NCBI GenBank assembly: GCA_964349395.1 | Contig: CAYGGA010000003.1 | Span: forward strand, 1,424-65,423 | Direction of reading: 5' to 3' | From: an uncultured Gammaproteobacteria bacterium | Lineage (GTDB): Bacteria > Patescibacteriota > Microgenomatia > Woykebacterales > RBG-16-39-9b | DNA length: 64,000 nucleotides | Shown here: one piece after another, positions 9,013-18,242 of the stretch | How the letters are laid out: each line of letters begins with the position of its first letter | Position numbering within the stretch: position 1 is the first letter of the stretch | Made by a program: the position numbers and the translations under genes | Notes under the pieces: model-generated | Told to the model about the DNA's origin: nothing | Databases searched by the model: none | The model's input: only the letters and a program-made list of their open reading frames with translations

Positions 9013-9059
9013 AGGAAAGTAGCTGATCAAGCTTTGGAAAGCTGTATCAGCTACTGTAG

Positions 9060-10380
9060 GCTGCCTGGGCTAACAATGATGTTCTCCTGTTAGTTGGTCA
9101 GTGTCGTCCCCGTGAGGAAGACGGGGAAAGTTGCGGTACATTCTTGAAAAGGATCTCCTTTTTGACGTCGTCGGACAGCTCTGTAGTGTTGTCTCGCAGA
9201 GATATGAGCTGGGCGATGCGCATTTCCTTGGTAATTTGTCCCCTCTGGAACTTCTTCCAAATCTGGCGCACGCCGTCCTCGAATTTCTCCTCTGTACTGA
9301 TGAGCCGAAGCCCGTCAAGCACTGGTGGAGACTGACTATAAACACTCAAGGGTTCTTCTCCTTTCAACCTGGTGGCAGCCTAGGTAAAACTTAACACCAT
9401 TACTATCAAATTTCAATAGGGAATTTTGGGGAACCAGTTTGGAAAGAGCGGCACTTGGTTTGCTGTTGCAAACTAGTAATCCGCTCGTTATTTTCTGGCC
9501 GCCGAAGAGAGCCTCAGCTCACTTTCAACACTAATCTTTGGCATGTAGTGCTCAATAGCAAAGGGTGGAACCTCGACTCGAACCTCACCCCGCTAGGGTA
9601 AGCGATTGTCTTGCCTTTGCTTGAACTACTTGGTGTAGCCTCAGTACTGGTGCAGAATCGGAACGTCAATGAACTCTCTCCGGCGATGTGAGTTGCCATC
9701 TCACCATTGTAGAACTGGATAGGGTCAGACCCCTCAGGGTTGACTAGGCTGATTGGACAGAGACCACCACACCTTCCTCTTGTAGGAGAGCAGGTATTCC
9801 TTGCGGAGCCAATGCTTTCCAGTACACAGGGTGACCTCTTTGCACACCCAGGAGTAGGTCGCCAATTGTGCTAATTGCCTGCGACTCGGGACTGCTTTCA
9901 ACCTTGATCGTATCGCCTTGCCAGACTTTCGAAACGTGATCTCCACCTTCGAATTCCGGCGTGGCAGTAATACTGGCTGCTTTTTTCGAGCTTCTCAGCA
10001 CGTTCTGAATAGCCAACATCTCCACCAAGGCCGTTCGTCCCGCATGGACATGACCATCGTAGACTGACGAAGCTGACCCACTTGGGGAAACAGCATTTTT
10101 CACGAGTACCTCATAAAGAACGCGAACGGACTCCAGAAGGTGCTCGACTGGGTCAGGAGTTTTCTTCAGCAAGGCAGCCGAACTGCCCACTTATTTAAAC
10201 TCCAGACAGAATTCAGCGGCGGGGAGGGTTCCACTTCTCTCCACCAATGACATGATCTCTCACCTCACGGGCATATTGCCCCAATGACTGATGAGATGGC
10301 AACGATCTAAAAACAAAATCTATTTTCAAACCGTTGCCACTCAACTAGCAACCAATATTATCACAAAAGCAATTAGTTGT
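9060..10380. other. Compositionally anomalous GC-rich (~50% GC) segment in a convergent intergenic position; no intact gene; possible pseudogene remnant, foreign DNA or structured RNA
   Basis: Sharp GC jump against ~37% flanks. Only short overlapping ORFs (89, 91, 148 aa) with GC3-rich codon usage unlike the rest of the window. Stop-to-stop bounded. No recognisable domain. Confidence 0.4.
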
Positions 10381-10389
10381 TCAAGGTTA

Positions 10390-11520
10390 TTAACTAGTTG
10401 TTTTTTCCTCTGCTAACACGTCTAACAAAACTTTTCTTGTCTCTCTTGAAAATTTTTCCCAACTATACTTTTTGACCTGATCTTTTCCAAGACGAATGTA
10501 TTTTTCCCTGATCTCCTTCTCCTTTAGTAAAATATTGATTCTGGTTATTAAATCTTCTTTGTCCTGTGGGTCAAAATACATGGCCGCCTCACCGTAAACT
10601 TCTTTAAAGACAGGAATATCACTAACCAAAACTGGCAGACCGACACTCATAGCCTCAAGACCTGGTAAACCAAATCCTTCCTCAAAGGAGGGGAAAACAA
10701 AAGCAGTGGCTGTTTGATATAAATCTTTTAGATCGCTATCCCCAACTCTTCCCGTAAAAACAATTTTCTCAAGAACCCCATTGTCAATTGCCTGCCTTTT
10801 AAGACGTCTAAGAAATTCATTTTCAGGACTTACTAAAACAATCTTCACCCCTTTTAGAGAGCCAGCTACCTCCACTAATAGTTCCAAGTTTTTGTGGGGA
10901 GAATTATTACCAACTGCTAAGATAAAATCATTTACATGATACCTTTCTCTAACACTAGCTTTTTCTTCCTGAGTTAATTTATCCCCAAAAGTCTCATCCG
11001 CTGCTTCGGCAATCACGGCGATACGATCTTCAGGTAAACTAAATTTTCCAATTAATTTCTCCTTAACTACCAGACTGGGAACAATTATTTTCTCCGCTTT
11101 TCTTACTGCTCGATTTAAAACTACTTGGTAGCTAAGATGTTTAAAATTATACAAAAGCGGATTTCTTAGAGTCGCTTTTTGTCCTTTAAACTCAGTGATG
11201 ATCAGGTCATGAATCATTACCACCATTTTACCCGGGTAAAAAACAGGGATATTTAGATGGGGAACAAAAAGTAAGTCTAGCTTTTCCCTAGAGAAAATTC
11301 TGGGGAGGAGAATTTGTTCTGATATCGAGTACCATCCTACATTGGCAACAACTTTTTTGAAGTTAGGCTGTTCCGGGTGGTACTGATCAAAATTGTCTTC
11401 CTTTAAAAACACAACGTAATTTGTTTCAGAGTCAATTTTTTCTAAGTTCCTAAGCAAATTTACTAGGACTCGACCAATACCAAAATCACCATAGAACCGT
11501 GCGTCAATACCAATCGTCAT
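10390..11520 (-). CDS. Glycosyltransferase family 4
   Basis: GT-B C-terminal motif FEEGFGLPGLEAMSVGLPVLVSDIPVFKEV. Confidence 0.7.
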   Translation of the reverse strand: MTIGIDARFYGDFGIGRVLVNLLRNLEKIDSETNYVVFLKEDNFDQYHPEQPNFKKVVANVGWYSISEQILLPRIFSREKLDLLFVPHLNIPVFYPGKMVVMIHDLIITEFKGQKATLRNPLLYNFKHLSYQVVLNRAVRKAEKIIVPSLVVKEKLIGKFSLPEDRIAVIAEAADETFGDKLTQEEKASVRERYHVNDFILAVGNNSPHKNLELLVEVAGSLKGVKIVLVSPENEFLRRLKRQAIDNGVLEKIVFTGRVGDSDLKDLYQTATAFVFPSFEEGFGLPGLEAMSVGLPVLVSDIPVFKEVYGEAAMYFDPQDKEDLITRINILLKEKEIREKYIRLGKDQVKKYSWEKFSRETRKVLLDVLAEEKTTS

Positions 11521-12812
11521 ACCATCATCTCCACCACTTCTTGCGCCAGTTTTATAGAATAGTTTTGGCCTCTATCCCAAGGATAGACCTGACCCATATT
11601 AGCTAAATAAATATTTTTGATTCCCGTGGTGTGAGGTGGAATATGGTCCTTGTACCCAATCTTGACAATTGGTTGTGCGTAGGGGGCTCTAAATAGTTGA
11701 TAATCTTCTACCCAATCTTCCTTAAAACTAGGATTTATCTTGGCTAGATATGGGACATATTTTTTAAAGGTTTCTTCTGGAGTTAGTTTAAATCTAGGAT
11801 CAGTAGTAGCTAAGTAATTACCCAAGTAAATTAAATGTTTGCCGCCGTAATCAGACGTGGGCATAAAATTGGTATGCTCAACAAATACCAAAAAAGGAAA
11901 AGACTGGTCAGAAATATTTAGCCAGTAATAGTCACTTAACTTTCTTTTCAAAGTCAGAACCAAAGTCTGGGCCCCAAAATAATCATCCCAATGGTATTTT
12001 TCCTTGAAACTAGGACTCAGTTGGGGTGTGAGTTTGAAAAACAGATTAGTTGGCAAGGTCACTAAGACCTTGTCAAATTTATAGTCCTTTTTGTCAGTGG
12101 TCACAGTTACTTCACCATCTTTCTCCTCAATCATAATTGCGCTTTCCCCGAAGACCATGTTCCCTCCGCCTTTTTTAATTCTTTCTTCCAGAGCGACATA
12201 CAATTGGTAAAAGCCATTTTTTAGGTAACCTAGTTTTTGGGTACGGCTAAAGACTCGAGCCCAAAACCAACTCATGGTAATCTGGTCATAGTTTTTGTCA
12301 AATTTACCTTTCAGCAACGGGTCAAAAATTACCTGATAAGCTTCTTTACCGATTGCTTTTTTAAGCCAGATTGCGGCAGTAATGTTTTCGAACTGGTGAT
12401 AATTCTTAGTTAGTTTTAGGTAAGCTAAAACTAGTCCCAAACGAACACGATTAAAAGGTTTTAAGGGTGAGAATTTTAAAACAGTGGCAGGGGAATCAAG
12501 TGGGTAAATTTCACCTTTATATAAAGTACCAGTTTTCCCTGGTTTCCAAATTAGTTTATTTTCTAATCCAAGTTCCTTTATAAGACTCACAATGACTGTG
12601 TCGGTTTGAAAAATATGATGGTAAAATTTTTCGAAGTAACTGTCACCGATTTTCAGAGAGGTGAGTAGACCACCGACTGTTTCTTCCTTTTCAATGACGG
12701 TGACTTCATGACCTTTTTCTTGCAAACGAAGGGCAGCCGTCAGTCCTAAGGCCCCACTGCCTAGAACACCAATTTTGAGCTTTTGCGAAAAACGAGCTTC
12801 GCTTCTCTTCAA
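11517..12812 (-). CDS. FAD/NAD(P)-dependent oxidoreductase (amine-oxidase / UDP-galactopyranose-mutase-like fold)
   Basis: Rossmann dinucleotide motif KIGVLGSGALGLTAALRLQEKGHEVTVIEKEETVGG. The likely start is a TTG at 12812-12810 preceded by GAGGGG, which abuts the stop of the upstream gene. The track ATG at 12893 would overlap that gene by 85 nt. Confidence 0.55.
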   Translation of the reverse strand: MKRSEARFSQKLKIGVLGSGALGLTAALRLQEKGHEVTVIEKEETVGGLLTSLKIGDSYFEKFYHHIFQTDTVIVSLIKELGLENKLIWKPGKTGTLYKGEIYPLDSPATVLKFSPLKPFNRVRLGLVLAYLKLTKNYHQFENITAAIWLKKAIGKEAYQVIFDPLLKGKFDKNYDQITMSWFWARVFSRTQKLGYLKNGFYQLYVALEERIKKGGGNMVFGESAIMIEEKDGEVTVTTDKKDYKFDKVLVTLPTNLFFKLTPQLSPSFKEKYHWDDYFGAQTLVLTLKRKLSDYYWLNISDQSFPFLVFVEHTNFMPTSDYGGKHLIYLGNYLATTDPRFKLTPEETFKKYVPYLAKINPSFKEDWVEDYQLFRAPYAQPIVKIGYKDHIPPHTTGIKNIYLANMGQVYPWDRGQNYSIKLAQEVVEMMV

Positions 12813-13774
12813 GATTTCCCCTCTGAAAGTTTGGTTACCGAGATATTCATTTTCCAAGCATAGTAAAAACCCACCAGAGTAATCGGCAGCCATTGGGTGA
12901 AGTGAGTTAAGATCGCGTAAGAAAAAGCGATATTTCTATCCACTCCAAAAAAGACGGCGACCTGCGTGAAGAAAAACTCAAATGTTCCCAAATACCCTGG
13001 TCCTGAGGGTATGAGAGTAGAGAGACCTACCACCAAAGCAATGAGGGCAGCTTGATAAATACTAAGATCTAAATTAAAACTTTTGGCAATTAGCCAAAAC
13101 ATTCCCGCTTCAATCATCCAAATCACCAGAGAGGCAAGCAAAACTAGAGCCACTGATCGGATAGATTTCAAAGCCTTAAGACCTTCCAAAAAAGCTACAG
13201 CCGAGGCGAAAGGGCGTTTCAATCTTTCTTGACGTTCAACCCAAACAAAGATTTTTTTGACAGAAGTTGTTTTTTCGATCAGGGGGAGGAGAAAAACTCC
13301 TACCGCAACGACCCCGAAAAGTAGACTAGCTAAAAGCAAGGGGGTCTTCAAATCTTCTGGAAAAGGGAGCACCATGATAAGTAAGCTAAATAAGATAACT
13401 AGCGAGAGGCCATCATAGAGTCTTTCTCCAAATATCACGGCCAGCATGCTGCTACGAGATACCCCCAGAGTGCGCCCCGTGATATGCGCGCGGACAACCT
13501 CCCCAAGTCTCAAAAACAAGACGTTGTTAGACATGTACCCGATTGCTAAATAAGGAAAGAGACTACGTACCCTTACTTCTTTAAATGAAAGAAGCAGGTA
13601 TTTCCATCTCAAAGTCCTAAGCCAAAAACCAAGAAAATGAAAAGCTACCGATACTAAAACTAGCGGGTAGTTCACTTTTGTAAAAGCAACCCCCAAAGCC
13701 TCAAAATTTATCTGGCGCACCACTAAAAAAAGAAAGAAAGCGCTCACCACTAAGCCAACTAGAACTCTTTTCAT
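12809..13774 (-). CDS. Flippase-like membrane protein (UPF0104 / lysylphosphatidylglycerol-synthase TM-domain family)
   Basis: About 8 predicted TM helices. Conserved basic/Gly segment YLAIGYMSNNVLFLRLGEVVRAH typical of the MprF-TM/UPF0104 family. Confidence 0.5.
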   Translation of the reverse strand: MKRVLVGLVVSAFFLFLVVRQINFEALGVAFTKVNYPLVLVSVAFHFLGFWLRTLRWKYLLLSFKEVRVRSLFPYLAIGYMSNNVLFLRLGEVVRAHITGRTLGVSRSSMLAVIFGERLYDGLSLVILFSLLIMVLPFPEDLKTPLLLASLLFGVVAVGVFLLPLIEKTTSVKKIFVWVERQERLKRPFASAVAFLEGLKALKSIRSVALVLLASLVIWMIEAGMFWLIAKSFNLDLSIYQAALIALVVGLSTLIPSGPGYLGTFEFFFTQVAVFFGVDRNIAFSYAILTHFTQWLPITLVGFYYAWKMNISVTKLSEGKS

Positions 13775-14520
13775 TTAAGACTCCTTTGAGATTTTCCAGG
13801 ACCCATATATCTCCACCACAAAAGAATCGTCTCAAAAAAGGCTTTGATGATGACTTTTGGATTGGCTCCAGATTGCTTACCAGCCACTCGGGGATAATGA
13901 TTTACCCCTACTTCTTTCACACTTTTACCCATAATCTGAGCTTTTAGCATAATTTCAGTATTTACTAAAGCGCCAATGGTTTCAAAATTTATCTTATCTA
14001 AAACTTCACGATGGTAGATTTTGAAAGCACAATCAATATCTCGAAGTTTAACACTAAATAATGTAATCACCATTAAATTGTATGTGCGTCCGATCATCAC
14101 GCGGTACCATGGGTCTTGGCGCACTGTTCTAAAACCAGCAACAATGTCAAAACTTCTAACATATGGTAACAATTTGGTAATATCTTTGATCTCAAACTGT
14201 CGATCTGAATCCATAAAGAAAACTAGGTCGCGTGTGCTCGCCCTGAAACCAGTAGTGAGAGCAGCTCCATAACCCAAATTCTTAGGGTGAGAGATTAGTC
14301 TCACTCTTCCTTCTTTCTTGACAAAATCCTCTACTACTTCTTTGGTGTTATCCGTACTACCATCATCAACCACAATAATCTCGTAATCAAGTTTAAGCGA
14401 ATTTAGGACCAAAACTGCTTCTGGTAACAGTATGGGAAGATTTTTTCCTTCATTATGAGCTGGCAAAACTACCGAGATGGAGAGGTGTTCGGCTGCTGAT
14501 TTAGTGTTTTTGTCTTGCAT
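13771..14520 (-). CDS. GT2 glycosyltransferase, Dpm1/GtrB-like polyprenyl-phosphate sugar synthase
   Basis: ISVVLPAHNEGKNL...IIVVDDGSTDNT DxD region, about 250 aa, C-terminal amphipathic segment. Confidence 0.7.
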   Translation of the reverse strand: MQDKNTKSAAEHLSISVVLPAHNEGKNLPILLPEAVLVLNSLKLDYEIIVVDDGSTDNTKEVVEDFVKKEGRVRLISHPKNLGYGAALTTGFRASTRDLVFFMDSDRQFEIKDITKLLPYVRSFDIVAGFRTVRQDPWYRVMIGRTYNLMVITLFSVKLRDIDCAFKIYHREVLDKINFETIGALVNTEIMLKAQIMGKSVKEVGVNHYPRVAGKQSGANPKVIIKAFFETILLWWRYMGPGKSQRSLK

Positions 14521-14548
14521 TCAGAAATATCATCTTAGTGTGCAGAAC

Positions 14549-17095
14549 TTAATAATTAGCCAATAAAACTAGCATACCAGCTCTTTTTAAGAGCCGCAAT
14601 CCTCTCTCATCGCGGGCAAATTTCTGGAGCAGGACTTCCCCGCGATCAGCTGAGGTAATCAAAAGTTGGAGTTTTTCACTGGTAATTGTCTTTTCAATAT
14701 CATAGTTGTCGACTTCCTGGTACTTACCTTCAGTATAATAACCAGCCACTTTGGTACTCACCCCGTTTAGTAGCAGTAAATTTTGGCTTCTTCCTTGGTA
14801 TTCAGGACTTAGAATTAGGTCAGCCAAATCTTGGTTGGCATTAGGAGGCGTGATCTTGGTTGTGACTGATGGTAAATTAATATACAGAGGCAACGAGATT
14901 ATCAAAATGACTGGGATAGCGTACTTTACCAGTTTTCCAACGCGCAGATGGTTGAGAGAATGCTTTTGGTAATATTTATAAGTAAGATACACAATAAGTA
15001 GTGACAGCAAGGGTGTCAAAGCGAAAATATTCGGTAAGTGACGGAAATAATTTTGCATAAAAATTACCGGGTCATAAATAACGCTGTAGAGATGCCATGG
15101 TAAAAAGATCAGTAAAAATACGGTTAGATTGACATTGATAAGCAACCCTTTCTTAAGTAGAGTTCGATTCCAGTTTAGTAGTAATAAAAGGTAAATTGGC
15201 AAAAATAGAATAGTAAGTAAACCATCAGTTAGGCTAGCTAACCCCAAAGAGACGCCACTGAGAAGAAAAAGGTGACGGTGTTTTTTACTAAGTTGTAAGG
15301 TATAAATAGAAAGCAAAATAAAGAATGCTGCCATAATTTCCGTATTGACACTACGAGTGAGATAGACAAAAGGTGTGATAAACAGACTTAGCAGGGCTGT
15401 CACAGTAGCCCAGTAACGGTTAATTAGTTGCCTCGCAATAAGATAAGTGAGGAAAATTGCCCCCACTCCAAAGAGGGCCGGCAAAAAACGAATGATAAGA
15501 TTTGGTACGCTCAAATAGAGATGAATAATATTGGTTGATAACCAGTAAAACAAAGGTGGGTAGGACAGATAAGTTGCGCCCTGGTAAGTAGGTACCAGCC
15601 AGTTAGTATTGCGATACATTTCACGAGCAACGGTTGCCAAAACCGCTTCGGAGCTAATGACATTAGTCGATCCCAACCTGTAGAAAATAACAAAGATTGC
15701 TGAGAGTAAGACCGAAACTGCCGGAATAATCTCATACCAATTTAGAGTCTCTTTTTTTTCTCCGTCTGCTAAAACTACCCCTTCTTTCATCAACCGCTCA
15801 AACACCATGGTAAAAAGTAATGCTAAAAAGATGTAAAACCAAAAAAATTCTAAGTTGTAGGAGTAGAAGATTCCCCCAGTCCAAATTCCGATCAGGCCAC
15901 TTAGGAATCCAATGGAGTAAATTTTGACAGTTTTATTATGACTGTGACGAATAAGTTTAATAAGTGATTTAAGAATTAGAATGACAAAAGCTAAATAGAC
16001 AGACAGACCAACCAACCCAGTCTCTGTGATAATCTCAAACCAAACAGAGTGAGCCGGAATTCTCACATCCGCGGGGTCAACTCTAGAGTGTTCCATCCCC
16101 GTTTCACTCTGGCGAAACTTTTCAGAAAAACTACCATAACCAATTCCGAAAATTGGGTTTTCTGTAAAAAGCTCAACTTCACCCCGAAGCAATAGGTAAT
16201 GAGCCTTGGTAGAAGGTTCTTCAAGGTCAACTACGGATTTTACCCTATCAAGTAAAGAACGTCCGGTAGCATTGGAAACAAAGATTACCAGTCCTGATAT
16301 GGCAATGGCCCCAAGTAAGGGTAAAATCTTGCGGTAATACCCCGACTTGATTCCTAAAATTAATATGACCAGACTACCTACTATTAAGGAAAGTAGCCCA
16401 CTTCGGGAAAAGGAGTAAAGAATGACAAAAGAGATCAAGAAATAAGCTAACCACCAGAAAGCTTTTGGCCAGAATTTTTTTTCGAGCCATGAAAAAGCTA
16501 CCACCATGGGGGCAATCATGCTCAGGTAAGCCGCAAAATGATTAGCGTCAAAAAATGTTCCGGGTAAGCGTATATAGTCTCCCCCACTTAGAACTCCAGG
16601 AAGATTATGTCCAATAAAGGTAATTACTACATACTGAAACAAACCATAAAAACCAACTACAAGACCAAAAAGGACAAAAGCTCGCACCAATTTGATTACA
16701 AAAAATCTCGATGGCAAAAGAATCGACCTCATCAAAATGTATAGACTTATCATCGCTGTGTAGAAAGCGAAAAGCTCGACACTGGCACCAAGATTACCAC
16801 TTTGCATGAGTGATACTAATCTTATCAACCAGAGTACTCCTAAAAGGCGGAAAACATTGTCCCCTGAAAGTTCTTTGACTGCTTTAGTGAAATTTAGTGT
16901 CTTTTTAGTGATACCCTGAAAAATAAAGTAAACTCCTGCCAAGATTAGAAAGAGCAATAAAATTCTTACGGGCACAATTTTGTTATAGAGGATACTCATA
17001 CGAGAGTGGTCAGCTAAGGGAATTAAGACTACAAAAAGTAGCAGACTGTATTGGAAAAATTCTAAAAAGTTTGTAATTTTAGGCAGTTTTGGCAT
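14549..17095 (-). CDS. Fusion membrane protein: N-terminal O-antigen ligase/polymerase-like (Wzy_C) domain plus C-terminal GT-C (PMT/ArnT-like, GT39/GT83) domain
   Basis: N-terminal half is multi-TM with the YSFSRSGLLSLIVG motif (Wzy_C SRG signature) and a large loop. C-terminal half has a loop-1 acidic motif SSEAVLATVAREMY...YPPLFYW, as in ArnT/PMT. 848 aa. Confidence 0.5.
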   Translation of the reverse strand: MPKLPKITNFLEFFQYSLLLFVVLIPLADHSRMSILYNKIVPVRILLLFLILAGVYFIFQGITKKTLNFTKAVKELSGDNVFRLLGVLWLIRLVSLMQSGNLGASVELFAFYTAMISLYILMRSILLPSRFFVIKLVRAFVLFGLVVGFYGLFQYVVITFIGHNLPGVLSGGDYIRLPGTFFDANHFAAYLSMIAPMVVAFSWLEKKFWPKAFWWLAYFLISFVILYSFSRSGLLSLIVGSLVILILGIKSGYYRKILPLLGAIAISGLVIFVSNATGRSLLDRVKSVVDLEEPSTKAHYLLLRGEVELFTENPIFGIGYGSFSEKFRQSETGMEHSRVDPADVRIPAHSVWFEIITETGLVGLSVYLAFVILILKSLIKLIRHSHNKTVKIYSIGFLSGLIGIWTGGIFYSYNLEFFWFYIFLALLFTMVFERLMKEGVVLADGEKKETLNWYEIIPAVSVLLSAIFVIFYRLGSTNVISSEAVLATVAREMYRNTNWLVPTYQGATYLSYPPLFYWLSTNIIHLYLSVPNLIIRFLPALFGVGAIFLTYLIARQLINRYWATVTALLSLFITPFVYLTRSVNTEIMAAFFILLSIYTLQLSKKHRHLFLLSGVSLGLASLTDGLLTILFLPIYLLLLLNWNRTLLKKGLLINVNLTVFLLIFLPWHLYSVIYDPVIFMQNYFRHLPNIFALTPLLSLLIVYLTYKYYQKHSLNHLRVGKLVKYAIPVILIISLPLYINLPSVTTKITPPNANQDLADLILSPEYQGRSQNLLLLNGVSTKVAGYYTEGKYQEVDNYDIEKTITSEKLQLLITSADRGEVLLQKFARDERGLRLLKRAGMLVLLANY

Positions 17096-18242
17096 AAACA
17101 GAATTTAGCTTCCGGCCGATTTTTTCCCATGAATATTTTTCCTCGACCAATTTTTTTGCACCTTGTACTATCTTAACATTTAGAGCAGAGTTCTCCAAGA
17201 GCTCAGCGCAAGCAAGGGAAAATTCCGCGGGAGTTTCAGCCAGCAGAAATTCCTCCCTAGGTCGCGCTTCCAAACCCTCAATCCCCACTTTGGTCGTAAT
17301 CACGGGCAAGCTACTGGCAAAAGCTTCAAGTACTTTGAATTTTGTACCACTTCCTGCCCGCAAAGGAGCCAACATCACCGTCGCTTTGCAGTAAGCTTCA
17401 CGGATGTCGTTTAAATCAGTCTGAACTTTAATATCAGGGTTATTTAGCTTTAGCAACCAGTCTTGTTGAGCTCTCCCGACAAACCATAGCCTAGCATTTG
17501 GTACTGCCCTTTTAATCTCCGGCCAGATTTCTTTCACTAGCCAAATGGCACTATCTGCGTTTTGAATATAGTTGGTGGGCCCCACAAAAAGGAAAAGAGA
17601 ATCTTCTGGTTGCCTCTTTACACCCTTAAAAAAATCTATGTCAATACCATTGGGTATCACCGGGCAGTCTTTACTAACCACATCTTCAATTACCTTTTGG
17701 TCACTCACTGAAACTGCTAGACTAGTATCGGCAATCTTCCATTTATTTTCCTCATACGTTTTCATGCGGGCAATATCAAATTTCATAAGTGAGCGAGCTG
17801 GTTCCTTTTTAGTGGCTGCGTATCTTTGGTAGATAAAATACTCAACGTTTTGGTTCCCAGCTACTACCTTTACTCCTAAATCCTTTTCCAAAAAAGGAAA
17901 GGTATAAAAAGACTCAAAGTGAGCTAGATCATAACCCTGACGTAGCTCCACTTTTAACTTACGAGTGACTTCCGGATCATAGTAAAGAGCAGCGGCAAAA
18001 GGGTATTTCACCAAATACTTCAAGTTGTTGAAAGAATTAATTTTTCTCCTTTTAAAGGTTTTCACCTCCTTGACAATTTTTTTAAGTTCCGACAGATAAT
18101 TCAGCTCACTCTCTTGCCGAATAAAGGAAAAAAGAGTGACTTCATGCTCTTTTGAGATTTGTTTTAGCAGGTTTAAAGATCTGACCTGTCCCCCACTAAA
18201 GGGTGGCAAAGGCAGAGCGGAAGTGAAAAAAAGTACCTTCAT
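17079..18242 (-). CDS. Glycosyltransferase family 4
   Basis: GT-B motif LRAGSGTKFKVLEAFASSLPVITTKVGIEGL. Confidence 0.7.
   Translation of the reverse strand: MKVLFFTSALPLPPFSGGQVRSLNLLKQISKEHEVTLFSFIRQESELNYLSELKKIVKEVKTFKRRKINSFNNLKYLVKYPFAAALYYDPEVTRKLKVELRQGYDLAHFESFYTFPFLEKDLGVKVVAGNQNVEYFIYQRYAATKKEPARSLMKFDIARMKTYEENKWKIADTSLAVSVSDQKVIEDVVSKDCPVIPNGIDIDFFKGVKRQPEDSLFLFVGPTNYIQNADSAIWLVKEIWPEIKRAVPNARLWFVGRAQQDWLLKLNNPDIKVQTDLNDIREAYCKATVMLAPLRAGSGTKFKVLEAFASSLPVITTKVGIEGLEARPREEFLLAETPAEFSLACAELLENSALNVKIVQGAKKLVEEKYSWEKIGRKLNSVYAKTA

Noticed and set aside
9560-9591. Minus-strand motif GGGGTGAGGTTCGAGTCGAGG resembling a tmRNA 5-prime end or a tRNA T-loop (GGTTCGAGTC) inside the GC-rich island
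   Set aside because: I could not find a matching 3-prime tRNA-like end (T-arm plus complementary acceptor plus CCA), a resume codon, or a tag ORF ending in ALAA. No cloverleaf can be drawn. It is kept only as an alternative hypothesis under the island finding.
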